NCBI GenBank assembly: GCA_965603825.1
Contig: CBFDEM010000062.1
Location: 248,001 to 312,000 of the forward strand
DNA: 64,000 bases
Source of the DNA: Blepharisma stoltei ATCC 30299
Taxonomy: Eukaryota; Protista; Ciliophora
Reading direction: 5' to 3'
Shown here one piece after another: positions 1-13,747 of this stretch. The translations under genes were made by a program, and so were the position numbers. The notes under the pieces are model-generated. The model was not told where the DNA came from, did not search any database, and worked only from the letters and a program-made list of their open reading frames with translations. The stretch's first letter is position 1. Each line of letters begins with the position of its first letter.

Positions 1-883
1 AGGAAGAGGTGGCACAGGAAAAATGGGCGGTGAAGGAGAAAAACAGCTGGAAATGGAAAAGAGGCAAATTAATGACCGTGAAGCGAAATTGAGAGCTGAA
101 ATTGATAGAGCACAAGATTTATTGGTAAAGAAAGGAAAGGAAGGGATTTTGAAAAACTATCCTACATTTGCTATAATTGGCTACACAAATGCTGGGAAAA
201 CAGCACTTATGAATTTTTTGACAGGAGAAAATCTAATCAGTGAAGATTTATTGTTCCAAACTCTTAACACAACTGCTAGAAAGTTATCTTTGCCAAGTGG
301 ACAGTCAGCAGTCCTGCTAGACACTGTTGGTTTCATAACGGATCTTCCCCATGACTTAGTTGAAGCATTTAAATCTACTCTAGAAGGAGTTCAAACAGCT
401 GATGTTGTCCTTCATATCAGAGATATATCCCATCCATTTACAGAGCTGCAAAAAAAAGCTGTCTTCAAAGTCCTTAGTGACATAAATTACCCCCCTGAAA
501 AGTTTTTTAAGCGATATATTGAGGTTTGGAATAAGGTAGATTTAATTGAAAAAGATATTAAAATAGAAGAAATTGATGAATCTCCATATCCAATTGTTGC
601 TATTAGTGCAAAGTACGGAATAAATATTGATAAATTGTTAGAAGCTTGTGACGAAATAGGGATGAAAGTAATGGGAAGAAAGAAAATGACTTTGGCATTT
701 CCAATCGAGGAGTTTTCTATGAGGATGGGATGGATTTCAGAGCAGCTCCACATCGCCATGCCGACTTATGAAGTAGAGGAAAAAAGAGGAAAAACTATTG
801 CAAAAGTTGCAGTGTGCATGGACGATACTACTCACCAAAGATACATAGCTAATTTTGAGCACTATGAAAAAAAGAGAAGATAA
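1..883 (+). CDS. hflX: HflX/GTPBP6-family GTPase, 5' partial (frame open from window start)
   Basis: GxGE..LE motif, G1 GYTNAGKT, G2 LFQTL, G3 DTVGFI, 'LVEAFKSTLE', G4 NKVD, G5 SAK; ends in TAA. Confidence 0.9.
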   Translation, partial: GRGGTGKMGGEGEKQLEMEKRQINDREAKLRAEIDRAQDLLVKKGKEGILKNYPTFAIIGYTNAGKTALMNFLTGENLISEDLLFQTLNTTARKLSLPSGQSAVLLDTVGFITDLPHDLVEAFKSTLEGVQTADVVLHIRDISHPFTELQKKAVFKVLSDINYPPEKFFKRYIEVWNKVDLIEKDIKIEEIDESPYPIVAISAKYGINIDKLLEACDEIGMKVMGRKKMTLAFPIEEFSMRMGWISEQLHIAMPTYEVEEKRGKTIAKVAVCMDDTTHQRYIANFEHYEKKRR

Positions 884-913
884 TTATTTTAAATATTGGC
901 TAACCAATAATAT

Positions 914-2557
914 TTACAAGCCGCGTGTTGCTCCTAAAATCAGCATTGCAGCCTTTCTGGCAGGAGGTTCTGATTTTCTTTTTTCGACTAATAATGTGTG
1001 TGATAGAAACTTTATTTTGCTTGCTGCCCTTAGGTTATTTTCTCTGATTTTTCTTTGGTCTTCTTCGATTTCTCATGATCTAATTAGATCGTTTGCAGAG
1101 CTATGGTCAGTTTCTAATGAATAAAGCTGATTAGGGCTGAACTTATTTAATGCCATTCCTCCAAAATACAAAATTCGTGTTCCTATCGTAGAAGCTGAGG
1201 CTCCCCATCTTGGGGACGGCGCATAGCCATACGGTTTTAACGTTTCTCACCTGCAGTTTGCAATATTTAATGCACAAATTTCATTGACTTCTCCTCCACA
1301 GCCATTTTTGAAGAGTGCATCATTTCTGCCTCCTATTATATACAAATAGTTTCCACATAGCACTGTGCAATGGCCACATCTTGGAATTGGCAAATTTCCT
1401 GATGGCTCTAGCTTGGTTCATTTTAAAGTGTTTAAAAAATCTCGACTGTATTTTAAAGGTTGGAGTATATATAAATCATTACATACAATACCACTCTTAT
1501 TCATTCCTCCAAAAAGGTATATTCCGCAATTCTTTTTGGAAAAGACCTCGTCGTGAATGCTGGGTAAATTAAAAATATCGTTTGAGTACTGCCTTAAAAC
1601 TGCAGGGTGATATACAGAAGTTAAGGTAAAAGAATGTCTCAGTCCAGGCTTTTCTGATGCTTTGTCAAGCTTTATTGAAAATCATTGCATAGATTCGAGA
1701 TTCAGCCCATGGAGGTCTGCTAAGGTTTTGCCATTGCTATCAATCCCACCATACATAATCATAGTGTTTCCTATTAGAGCTGCTCCATGGTTTCTTCTTG
1801 AATCAGGAAGTCTGCCTAAAGGCTTGTAACTTCTTCATTCAGAATTTACTGTATCGAACATATAAACCAGAGGAAAGCATCCTCTGATATGAAGAGTTGA
1901 ATTAAAGCCGCCTCCGCCTCCATAAACGACCAAAGAGTTTCTAAATCCAACTGCAGTATGTCCAACTCTCGGATCTGGGATTTCTTGCGCAGTATCTTGA
2001 TTTCTGTGATTAACGCCTTCTCAATGCCCATTCCGATAGTTAAGCATTTTAATATCATTCAGCCTTTCTCCAGACTGCCCTCCGAATAAATATAAGTTAT
2101 TATTCACCATCGTTAATGTGCTTCCTACCCTTGCGTCTGGGATAAACCCTTCTGTTATCCTTTTTTCTCAAAATACATTTATTGCTTTAACTCGCTGCAC
2201 CTTATGAGTTAGATCGACAAATTCGGAATTTTCATCAGAACAATATCGTTTTATTAGTTCATCTACAAAACTGTTATTTGGTTCTTGTATAAAGGATGAT
2301 GAGATAACTTGGGATTCAGATTTTTTATGTGTAGGGGGATTTTTTGAAGCTTTTCCAGTAGGAGTTGTGACTGAAGAATTTGCTTTAAGATGAATATTTG
2401 TTGCAGATATGTGGACTCGTTTTCGGAGCCTAGGAATTTGGTCGATACTTTTTAAAATTGGATGAGTTTGATCAGGAAATTGTTTATCTGTTGGTGATGG
2501 GCTGATATTCATTTTTTTAATTATTTTATTTGGAGTAGATTCAAAATTTTGCGTCAT
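914..2557 (-). CDS. Kelch-repeat protein (about 547 aa with TGA=Trp)
   Basis: The 2168-2557 ORF continues through TGA into repeats 'PDARVGSTLT..NNLYLFGG', 'PRVGHTAV..LVVYGG', 'RRNHGAAL..MIMYGG'; an in-frame TAA lies at 914-916. Confidence 0.8.
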
Positions 2558-2785
2558 ATATTATTATAAATTATAGACAAGAGATTTTAAGCTATATATA
2601 CAAGTGAAAAGCTAATAATTTTATATTGTCTTCATTTTTAAACCATATTACCTTTAATTCTATATATTCTGGCGATTTAAAGACTGTTTTAAGGCTCTCT
2701 GAACAGAAAATATTTCACTTCTTTTTTTGAAAATAATTAGTATTATCCACAATTATATTTGGTTTTAAAATAAATCAAAAATAAA

Positions 2786-3430
2786 ATGGAATCGGTAAAC
2801 AAGCCTGACCAACAAAAAAAGAGCCAAAATAACTCTGCGCAAAATAAGAATAAGCGAAAAAAGAATCATAAACCTCAAGAAAATTCCCTAGATCCTAAAG
2901 TGACAGACATAGGCAAAGAGAATGAAAGCACAATTTCTCAGCCTGATCTGACGGGGAAAAATAAATATCAGTATTTATCTCCAGAAGAAGCCAAAGTCAC
3001 TAATATTGGGAAAGGAATGAAAAATATTATAAAAAACTCTGACCAAATATGCTTTAAATTAATAGTAAAACCTATAGAAAACCCAAAATTTATCGAGGAA
3101 AATGACCTTGGAGAAGCTTATTTAGTAAATTTTAAAATCCATTATAAAACGAAATTCGGTGAAAGAATTGGCCTTGTCGGGAATCAAGAATTTTTAGGAA
3201 ATTGGAATCCTATGAAAGCTTGGCAAATGGAGTGAAACCAAGGAAATGTCTGGAATTTAACGATCCCGATCAATAAAAATAAAATAGACGATATAGAATA
3301 TAAATACATCTGTCGTCAGCAAACCTCGATCAGATGGGAGGAGGGGACAAATCACAAAATAAATACAAAGCTAATCAATTCTGAATGTAAAAGAGCAGTA
3401 TGCATAGAGAACACATGGGGTAATATATAA
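2786..3430 (+). CDS. CBM20 (starch-binding domain) protein
   Basis: 'TKFGERIGLVGNQEFLGNWNP..A..ME[TGA=W]NQGNVW...IEYKY...RWEEGTNH'; TAA at 3428-3430. Confidence 0.85.
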
Positions 3431-3449
3431 TATTTTTATGGTTTACTAA

Positions 3450-6400
3450 TTATTTAAAATGCTCTAAGATATCTCTCAATTTCATGTCAAGCTTTCTGAT
3501 AAGGTCTTTATCTGGAAACGGAATCAAAAAGCTGTCCTTACCTTTAGTTTTCTTCCTTTGGCTTGGCGAGGTATGGAGAACCAATCCTTCATCTATTTTT
3601 TGAAGGTGTTGGACTGTGTTAATGTCAACAATTCATAAGATTTTTCTGTTTCTAATATCAATTAATACGAGAGTCATGATATAGATCACAAAAAGCATAT
3701 CTTGGCCTCTTATGTCTCTGCTTGCTACCTGATATACAAATTTTTCATTTATAAAAATTCCTTTTTTAAGCTGGTTCATCAAGTGAACTACTTGGGAGTC
3801 ATATTCATTATAAGGTTTGATCATAAAGGTGTGGCCATAAAATGGTCTTGGGGCTCTCACTCTCTGAAGTTTGCTTGCAGAGGAGAAGGGGGCGGCAGTA
3901 TTTTTTATCCCTTCAGCTGCATTACTTGTGGCATCAAGAATGCCAGCTACAGGCTTCACTATAATTCCTGATATACCTCTAAACCCACCTCTAAGTATGC
4001 CTTTTGCTTTCGATTTCTTATAAGCCACTATTGGATCAATAACAATTCCAGTAATTGCATAGCTCGCGTTTTTGAACAATGTTTTAAAGCCTAGGCCAAT
4101 GCCATCAATAATATTCTGTGGTCGGTTTTTCGCTTTTTCTCTTTGTCTTTCTAAAATATATTCTTTGGATTGTGTAATTGAAGTCAAGCCAGTTGCAATT
4201 CCATTAGCCAGCTTCGACACTGTTCCAAAGGTTCCTTGGACAGTATTAGTAACCAATGATCCTGCTCCCTTTAGTAATCCTTTTCCAAAACTCATAGGGC
4301 TGTTTATTAAACCCTGGGCAGGCTCATAAAAAAAATCGACAAAGCCTGTTCCAAGATTATTTAAAAGTCCTATAGGATTTCCAAGTATTTCTGCATGTCC
4401 TATCAATGACAGCAGCTGACTTACAATTTGTGACTTATAATTCATCATCAAGGCAGACACAATTTGAGCTTGAGTCCCAAAACAGTCGTCCATTTCTACT
4501 GCCCTTAATTTGACAGGGGCTGAATCAATAGCAATAATTGCCATCCCAAAAGCCTTTGCTAATGTATTAAAAGGGTCTGACTTTTCTTTAGTCTCCTTTA
4601 AAGGGACAAAAGTTATGATAATTTTGATAGGACAGAGCTTTAATTTTTCAAAATAAAACCTCTTGTTCTGGGCAACTTGCTCCTGAGCTGTCCATGTCGG
4701 ACTTGCATGTTTCGCAAAAATGACTTGGGCATCATCAACAACAGATTCTTGCAATATAGCTCTTCCTATAAATTCCATAATAATTTTGAAAATTGAACTT
4801 TCAAGATTTAAGGTAAGAGACTGCAAAGAAAACTCACAAAATTCAAAATGCATGCAGTTGGGGTCAAAATATAGAATTATTTTTGTGTGAAAAACACTGA
4901 GCTCTGGCAGACTTGGGCATAATAATACTGGAAACACCGCATTTGAGTTGTATTGGTTATCAATTTGAAACTTCTCAATTAGCATGTCAGCTTTAAGCTG
5001 CCTTTTTGTCATTTGGGTCAAAATTGAGATACCTTGGACAGAAATATACATTATTTCTGCAGCTTTGTCATTATTATGCTCTATCAGTGAAATCCCGAAT
5101 GAAGGGATGCTGATATTAGTTTGGGAATATATAATTTCATGCGCATTTTTCACTTTCACTTTTGGGGTGTCTTCTAGCTTCAAAATCTTGGTGCCGCCTT
5201 CACTTACAATAGCTCCAAACACAAAATGCCCCAGCTCTTCAGTCTTTTTGATTTTTATAGAATTGTGCAGGCCTATCTTGTCTAAATTATATTTGCAAGA
5301 ATACCCAGAATGAACTATAAGTTCATTTAGAGAGCCATAATATATTTCTACAACAACTTCATGCTCGTCCATAGGCCTGGTTCACCCAAATAAGCAGTAT
5401 TCTTTATTCCCAATTCACCTAGTTTCTGCAGGATTGTCTTTCTGGTAAACAGCTACCGAAAATGCACTTGTATTATTCTCAATTTTATAGGAGTAGGCTT
5501 CAATGGTTTCTTCTCTGAACACAACATAAGCCGTGCAATCCTGCAGCTGGACTTCTACGTTTATTATTTTAAAATCACTTAGGCCTCCTAAATCTTTGCA
5601 TTGGACAATGAAATTTCCTATACTCGAAATTGTAAAAGGCCCAGTTCAGCCCCAATGCCCCCCTCCGATTTTTATATTTAAAAAATGCTCTGCACGGGAA
5701 TCTGGCCAATGAAAAGGTTCTTTTGATTGCCTTGCAAGGATCATTTCTTGAGAAGAGCTTTTAAACTGCCTTATAAGTAGATCCTCGTTTAATGTGTTTT
5801 CTAGCAAAAACCTTGGAGAAACAGTGACAATTTTGGTAAAAATATACTCGTTTTTAATGATTTGTGCAAGATAAACGCTGTAAACGAACTGATATTTCAT
5901 CATAATTTCTTCATCATTGCATTCTGCATCAAATTCAACGATGTTTTTGGCACCAACTGCAGTAATTTTGAATAAGTTAGATCTATGATGGCCCATTCCG
6001 ATTGCGATTTTCTTTGTTTTTTCACAGGGGATCACACAGTCTACCAAGCTTTGTCCTGGAACAACCCTACTGGTCCCTTTTTTCTTAAAGTAAAAAGAAA
6101 TTGGTATTGAGGTATTGTTGATAATTGTTACAATCGGATAAAATGTAATGATGTGGGACCCTTCTGTTTTGTAATTAATGCTGATATTTACTGATCTTCG
6201 TTCTTTGTCATACATTTTGAGATATTTTGGAGGCCTTGCATCTTTTTCTGAAATTAGCAATATTTTAGGACAGAAATTAAAATTCCTCATAGAAACCTGA
6301 GCAGTTACATTTGACTTTCTACTTGTTTTATGCTCTTCATAGAATTTCCCTTGAAATATCGCTATTTCATGCATCTCTGCGCTTGGACCATACAACAGCT

Positions 6401-9400
6401 TCATTTTTATTTCATATGGCATCTGATTTCTATACAAAATCGGTGGCTTTATATAGATGGTTTTCTTATGTAAATTCTGCGGATCTTTAACCATATGTAA
6501 AGCAATATAAAAATCCCCAATTTTGATTTCTGTAGAATGGCCGCTTTTCTGAAATGTAAACTCCTGAAGATGAATCATAGTCCAGTCCTCACTATTTATA
6601 TGTGTTGGCATGAATCCGATCAGATGTTTCACATAATCAACAGGCACTGAGCATTTCCCTCTTGACTCGCACATCATTTCTTCGGACTCCAAATACCTGC
6701 TGAATTTTATTTTAAAATCATAATTGGTTTCATTTATAATCAAAATTGAGCTTCTTACCTTCAAAATCTTCCTGGTATCTAAAAGTTCGATTTCTAAGAT
6801 TATTGGAAACTCTTCTCCGTATCCTGCAATTTCGACAGCTAGTGATTGTACTTTGTTGATAGGGATGTTATTGATAGGAGGAAAAGGCATGTCAAATTTG
6901 AAAAGGCAGAGGGTCAAAAACTCTTGAGACATGTCAATGTTTCTCATTTCTGTTGTGTCAACCTCATAGTCAACAGTTTGACCTGGCTGGACTTCGATGG
7001 ATTTAGCAGGCTTTTTGCCGCTTCTTTTGGTTTTTCAGACTTCCATTCTGCAGCCTGTGTAATTTACAATGCAAAGAGGCGAGACTACTTCTTTGTTGTC
7101 AATGATATGAGAAGATTGGGAAGATTTGTTTCAGGAGTCTATTATTTGATAGGTGTGCTTAATCATGATTTCTGTGATGTTTATATTGAGCGGCATTTGG
7201 CGATCAACCATTATTATAATTTGAGTTTTAGGGTTTCCATTGGGCCAGCTGACCATCTCAAAAGTGGTCGTAAATAGCTCAATCAACGGCTCCCAGGTGT
7301 CAATTAGTGGGTTATAATAATTTGATCTCAAAGTCAATGATGTTGCTGCATTCCAATTAGAAGAGTTCTGTGCCATTTTGACAGTAAACTCATAAATGTT
7401 TAAATCAATAACAGGAGTATATGCCCCAAAAGCATCATTTACAATCATTACATAAACTCCTGATAGTGAATAAGTAGTTGTAGAAGAGCTTTCTGATTGT
7501 GAATTCCCAACTTCATTTTCCATATCCAGTGTATCGCTTCTCCTCATCATTTCTTTTTTTGGTTCTTCTACTTTATTTTCTATTTTTGCAAGAGCTTCAA
7601 TAATATCTTTATCTCTTCCCAGCATATCATTTTGAAATTTTGTTATATAATTTATAAGATTTATATCTTGATGAGAAACTATAAGAGTGATTTTTTCTAT
7701 AATAAAATCAGTGATATTATTTGTAACGGTATTGTCTTCTCTTTGTGCTAAACTTTCGTAAATTACTTGAAAGGGCTCTAATATTCGTCTTTTTTGGATA
7801 TTTTGGAAGGAGGTTTTTGACATCAATTCTTGGAAGTTGCAGGTGTATATTTCTAGCTCATGGGCAACAAATTTTATAGTACAGACTGGCCTTTCACCAG
7901 GGACGAAATCTGCTTCTTTTTCTTTCAAATAAACCACGTTAAAATTAGATTGACAAACAAGAACTCTTGGAGAAACAAAAGAAGGTAAAATCATGATTGG
8001 CTGCCTTATACAGATATTTACTAGCATTTTGGGTGCTGGAAAATGAAATAAAGTATTTTTTGAAATTCTTTCTGCAACTGGCCTTTCTTTGTTCATATAT
8101 TCAAGGGCTGCTTCTGTCTCTTTTTCATAATCTGGCAAGCCAAACATAAAGAAGTTCTGAATTTGAAGGATAACTGCATAATGCACATTAATCCTAAGCT
8201 GCAGCAATTCAATTATAATGTCTTTTGAGCTGTCTATGTTTATTTTAAGGTCGACTTTTAAAGTTGGAATTTTTATAGGTGTGGAATCATCAATTGACTC
8301 AGCAAGCGGAGCAAATAAAATATGCCGCAAATTTGAGTTTTCTTCGACAAGATCTTTGCAGTATCCAGGAATTCCGAAAATTTTTTTGGAAATTTGATTT
8401 TCAGAATACTCCTCAGATACCTTATCTTCACTTAGCAAGCCAAGTGTTTGATAGCTTACAAAGGTTAAATCCATAGATCCGTCATTATATTTAAGTATAT
8501 CCACTACTTGGTCTATGCAAAATATTTCTGCAATGTCTTGGCCATTATGATTAAGAAGTATAGAGAGCATCAGAATTTTCACTTTTATGATAAAAAACAC
8601 CCCTCCACGATCAGATAAAGTGCTTACTCGAGGCAATTGGGAAAGTCGTTGTGCGTTGGGATCGTCATATGATAAATCTATATTGGTCAATTTAAGCAGC
8701 GTGCAAAAATCATTTTGGCAGAATATCAGTTTTATTTTTTCAGAATTCCCATTTATTGTATAGGCTTTATTGATATCAATATTGTCTAGTTGATCATTAG
8801 TTAAAATAGGCATTCTAATGTCTAAGTTCATCTTTAAATCTTCTGCAATTTTTTGACTAAAAGAACTTATATTGAGCAATTTTAGTTGGATTGTGTAAAT
8901 ATCTTCCCAAATCTTTTCGTCATTTAGGTGACGTGTGTTTTCAAGAATAACAGCGATTGAAGCGGCTATAAAATTGTTAGAGTTTCAAGGGCTTGGAGAA
9001 ATTCTTATATCTAGGCTGCCTTTTATATCCATTCCTCCATTTTTTAATAAAATATCAGAATTCAAAGAACGAACAGACGCCACAGCTAAGCATAATTCTT
9101 TCTTTACATTGTTCAAATATAAATCAATCTCACCAACTTGTATATTTAAATTCAAAAGCACATGGTTGGGCTGCAGCTGCTCAAATTCTTGCTGTGTTTG
9201 TGGCTGCATATTTTGTTGTTCAGGCGAAGATTTATTTCCTGTAAAGAAACCTATTGTTTTATAAAAAAAATCAGGGTTTCAATTAACTTGTAGAAATCCA
9301 AATTTAATGCCTAATATCAGATCTTGGTCTTTATAAGCATTAGAATCTATCGATACGAAATGCATATTCATATCTATTAGTCTATCCCCTTCATCTATAC

Positions 9401-12317
9401 TTTTCGCTAAATAATTAAAATGGTCAGACCAGCTTTCTCTTTGCATATCTTTTATATACATAGATTTCAAAAACATGTCTGCATATATATCATAAACTTT
9501 CATTAGACACTTAACATTAATAGAGCTCAAATAAAGTTCTGACATTTCTACAATATCATCGCTATAAAGCTTAAAATAAATATCAGGAATTCCAAAGTTG
9601 ACTTCCAGCCATGCTTTATTAGCTTTTTTAAAAATTGGTTTAGAAGGAGCAGCTGCGCTTGATAAACTTTGAAATTCTGAAATTTGGTCGTTTAGGCCAG
9701 CTTGCCATTTATTGAAATCTTGTTTCTTTTCAAAAGAAAGTACGCATTCTCCATATCGGTTATAAAGTTTTAACGTATTTGGGACTTTTATTTTTTCTGA
9801 AATATCAATCAAGCTGCAGTCTTTTATGTAAAAATAAGTAGAAGCTGCAGACTCTTTTTCTGAATTGAAGAAATAGATATAGCCCCCTGATAGAACAGCA
9901 AAATAGCTATACCAAGATTGAATTCCAATTCCTTGCTTTTTGAGGCGAGCAATAAGGTTTGCACGCTTCATAATTGTTTTTTTATCAAGAGTCAGCCTTG
10001 AAGACACGGCATCATTTGATTGGAAAATTTCTTGGATCCTTGTCAACTGATTATAAATTGAAGGTGTCAGCATAATCGACAATTTCGGTAGTTCACCAGA
10101 TACTATAATGTCAGGCTTTTCATGCAATTTTCTGTCTTTTAGTTCTCATTTCTTCGTCCTATAGCTTGATTTCATAAAATTTACCACATTGTTGATCCCA
10201 AAAGGGGGAATAATAGGGATTGAGATACTTTCATTTGTGATATATCTGAATTCTATCGATGAAACTTTTAAATCAAAATTCTCATAAATGTCTTCAGCAA
10301 AGCTGGATTGGCTATTTATTTCGAGATCGCCTAAACTTACTAGAAATACACCTTGTCCTGTAGGAGATGGTAGGTTTATTCTAGGGCCGCAAGCTTTTAT
10401 GTTGATTATATATTTTGTATCACCATGCAATAGGTCAATTATGGTTTCTTGTGTGGAATCTTGGAGCCCTTGCAAAGTATCTCATGCTGCAGTCTTTGTG
10501 GTGTCTTCTGCTTTAGGAACAATAAAGAATGAATCAACCTGAGCTATAGCTTGAGAGCTGAAATTTACTTCAAGTGGCTGAGATTCCAACTTAAAAAGTG
10601 CAGCAGCGTCTGAATCTAAAGGGCTTAAAGATAAATTGATTTCTAATATTGGCATTTGTCGATCTTGAAATTTCTGGCACACAATTTGACTGTCAACAGG
10701 AGTCAATGATGTCAATGTAAGCTCCTTTACCTGAAAAATAAAATCACCTCCAGGATTTCTCAGCCCTCCTTGAAGAATTAATTGTTCATATTTAAATTCC
10801 AAGCTTTCCAGTTTCCCATTTTCTCCTTTATAAGGCTTGCACAGTTCAAAAGACCCTTTTCCCAAAAAAAACTCAAAATTTATCCACACAAAGCTTTTTG
10901 GGATAGCTGAACTTTTGTCATCCATTGAGCTTCTTTCTTTAAAAATTGTTTCATATGTTTCGTCTCCTTCAATATCAGGAATCACAGAAGTTCCTCCCCA
11001 CAAATAAGAAAACCATCCGGAACTTTTTGATGAAGATCGGTTTGCTTCTTCTTTTTGAATGACTTCAAGCACTTGGTCTGTCCATTCACAGAGTTCTTCT
11101 GATTTCACAATATATATAATTTTATTATATAGGTCTTCTTCTTTTTTACTAATTGAGCCTTTTTTCTTGAGTTTCCTGTGCATTAGTTTATATTGAGATT
11201 CGTAGAACTCTTTTGTGGCTTTTGGTATAGCAAATTGATCGACTGTGCGATTTTTTCTTTGTTTTATAGTCCGGAGTATGCAGTCTATTGCAAATTTCCA
11301 TAAAATCTTAGGTTTTTTAGAGTTTGGAGAAAGGGCTTTGAATTTTTTAGTGCTTTCTCTAAATGAGTCTTACGCTTTGACAATAAATTTGTTAAAGCCT
11401 GCATAGTAGTCTATAAGTTTTACTGTGTCGTGGAATTGCTTTTGGTTATATTTTATGATAATTTCAGGCAGTGATAAATGTATCAGGTATCTTGGATGAT
11501 CAAGTTGTGTTAAATCATTGTCATGCACTATTTTTGCTGTGACGTTTATAGGTGCAATTAGATAATCTTGAACTTCCGAGCTATTTATTTGTTTTTGCAT
11601 AGAGAATAGAATTTCAGTTTCAGACTGCAATGAATTAAGCATCATGCTATCTCCTGATTTCCAATAGAGCCCAAGGTTGACTACTTCAAGCAACTTAAAA
11701 ATATTATGGTCATCAATTTCTGACTGATGCCGATCTGTGAATTCACTATTCCACTCATTGTTTGTAGTGAAGCAGTCTATTTTTTTCAATGTTAATCCAC
11801 ATGAAAAAGTTCTACCTTTCATAGTGTGTTCAAACCTGATATGTATATCTTCAATTACGATTTTGAGATTATCAAGGATTTTAGCAGTCAATTTTTCTAA
11901 AAAGCCTTTTTGTTTCATTTCATCTTCTGGAGAAAGGGCTGCTTGTTCTTGAAGCTGTTTCCACCTTTGCTCGTGCGATTCTATCATTTCTTTTCTTTTA
12001 AGAATTTCTCCCTCTTCGCTATAGTGCCAATCTTCTTCAGGCTGCTGCATAATAATTAAGTATAAACCTTGCAGATGAATTTCTACAGAAGAACTGGTAA
12101 GTTTGGTCCAAGGAACTTTAACGACCAGACGAGTTATAAATGAGTATTTCAAAATTAAAGGCATTTGGAGCATTAATAGAGCGCGTGCGTTGATTTTTAC
12201 ATTTTCAAGAACTATATCTCCACTTCAGACACCTATTTTTAAGTTTTCTCTGTCCAAGCCATCTATAAATTTGCCAAGTTTAGCCAGTAATATCTTTTCA
12301 AGCAATGCTTCAAACAT
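3450..12317 (-). CDS. VPS13: VPS13-family bridge-like lipid transfer protein, about 2950 aa, one 15-nt intron, internal PH domain
   Basis: Chorein N-terminus MFEALLEKILLAKLGKFIDGLDRENLKIGV[W]SGDIVLEN; 'YYNPLIDTWEPLIE'; C-terminal 'ILGNPIGLLNNLGTGFVDFFYEP' and 'RVRAPR'. All track fragments share one frame joined by TGAs; the single TAA lies inside the intron at 11359-11373. Confidence 0.93.
11359..11373 (-). other. 15-nt spliceosomal intron GTAAGACTCATTTAG (VPS13)
   Basis: Removes the only in-frame TAA; GT-AG ends; A at position 10. Confidence 0.85.
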
Positions 12318-12537
12318 ATTTAATATTGAAAATTTTTATACTCTAGTTCCTATTTTTTTAGATTTATTTCCGCAACCCTTTGGCACATTTAAGGCTTATG
12401 TTTTATATCTATTTCAAATTTTTAAATATTTAGTATAATATTATCTCCAAGCATCTAACATTTGGGAGGAATAAATACAAAATAAATAGTTTTTATACTC
12501 CAATTTAATTTATAAGAGAATTAATAGACATTAATTT

Positions 12538-13728
12538 ATGAAGAATTCCATTCAACTCAAAGGGAAATCGCTTGAGGAAATTAATTTATCCCTTCTTTAC
12601 CACCCGAGACTTGTGAATAACCCTGTGTTCCAAAATTTAAAAGCAGAAGTGGAAAACTACTATAATGAAAGAAAAGATAAACTAACAGAAAGAAATTTCC
12701 AGCCGCATAACTGGAAAAACCGGTTTTTTACTTCATTGCATGGACTGCTAAATGAAGTCGTTTATACTGATAATCCAGAAATTCAGCTGCAACTGTTAGG
12801 AAAGGTGAAGGCTTGATATGAAAATAAATTATTGGATAATACTAAATTTCCTGAAATAAAATCAAGAACAATCGAAATAAAAGATCCCGAGGCTGAGGAT
12901 AATGTAAAACCGCTTGAAGAACCTAAAATAATATCGAAAGATATTGAAAGAAAAATCGAATCTCCTTCAAGAATAACACCGTACATACCAAAAGCCATTA
13001 AAATCATCGAAAAACCAAATAAGCAAGATAAAATTATAAAAAGCGATATGTTTGGTTTAAAACTCCCAAAAAGAAGCAAAACCGCCTGAATGAATAGACC
13101 GAAGACTACAATAAAAATGCTTAGAGAGAAGCGAGCAATGAAAAATGAGCCTAAAAACTCAGATTCATCATCAGATGATTCTGAGCCATCAAACAATATT
13201 CCACAAATAAAAGATGAAAATCAATCGTTTACTACTCAAGATGGCAACACAAGAATTTACAATTTCAAATTAAAATCGCTTTCTCTTTCATATGCGACAG
13301 ACCATAATAGTGACAGTCCTAATAATTCTCCATTGCTCCCACATATAAATCATGCATATTCAAGCACCTATGAGCCTGATGTGCTACCGAATAAAAAAGA
13401 AGAAAGAAAATCATTTATGAGTTCAATGGATTCTTCATGTAGGTCATCGTCAACTGAAAGACATGTCCAAACTGCATTTCCTATGTCTAGAGACCATAAT
13501 AGCCAACTAAATGAGCTTATCTCAATAAAAAATAAACTTGCTTCTAAAAAACTTCCTTGCACAATGGATGTTTTAGAAATTGGTCTCCTTTCTACGAACC
13601 GGGATATAGAAATTGCATTTGACCCTGCAAATCTTCCTAGAGGAGGCGAAATGCTGATTAACAATCCTTTCCTTAAGATTAAAAAGAAGAAAGGTAAGAA
13701 AAAAGGCAAGAAAAAGAAAAAACTTTAA
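12538..13728 (+). CDS. Hypothetical protein (about 396 aa) with poly-Lys C-terminus
   Basis: Three in-frame ORFs joined by TGA at 12814 and 13087; ends in TAA. Confidence 0.7.
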
Positions 13729-13747
13729 AATACTAACTAATAATAAA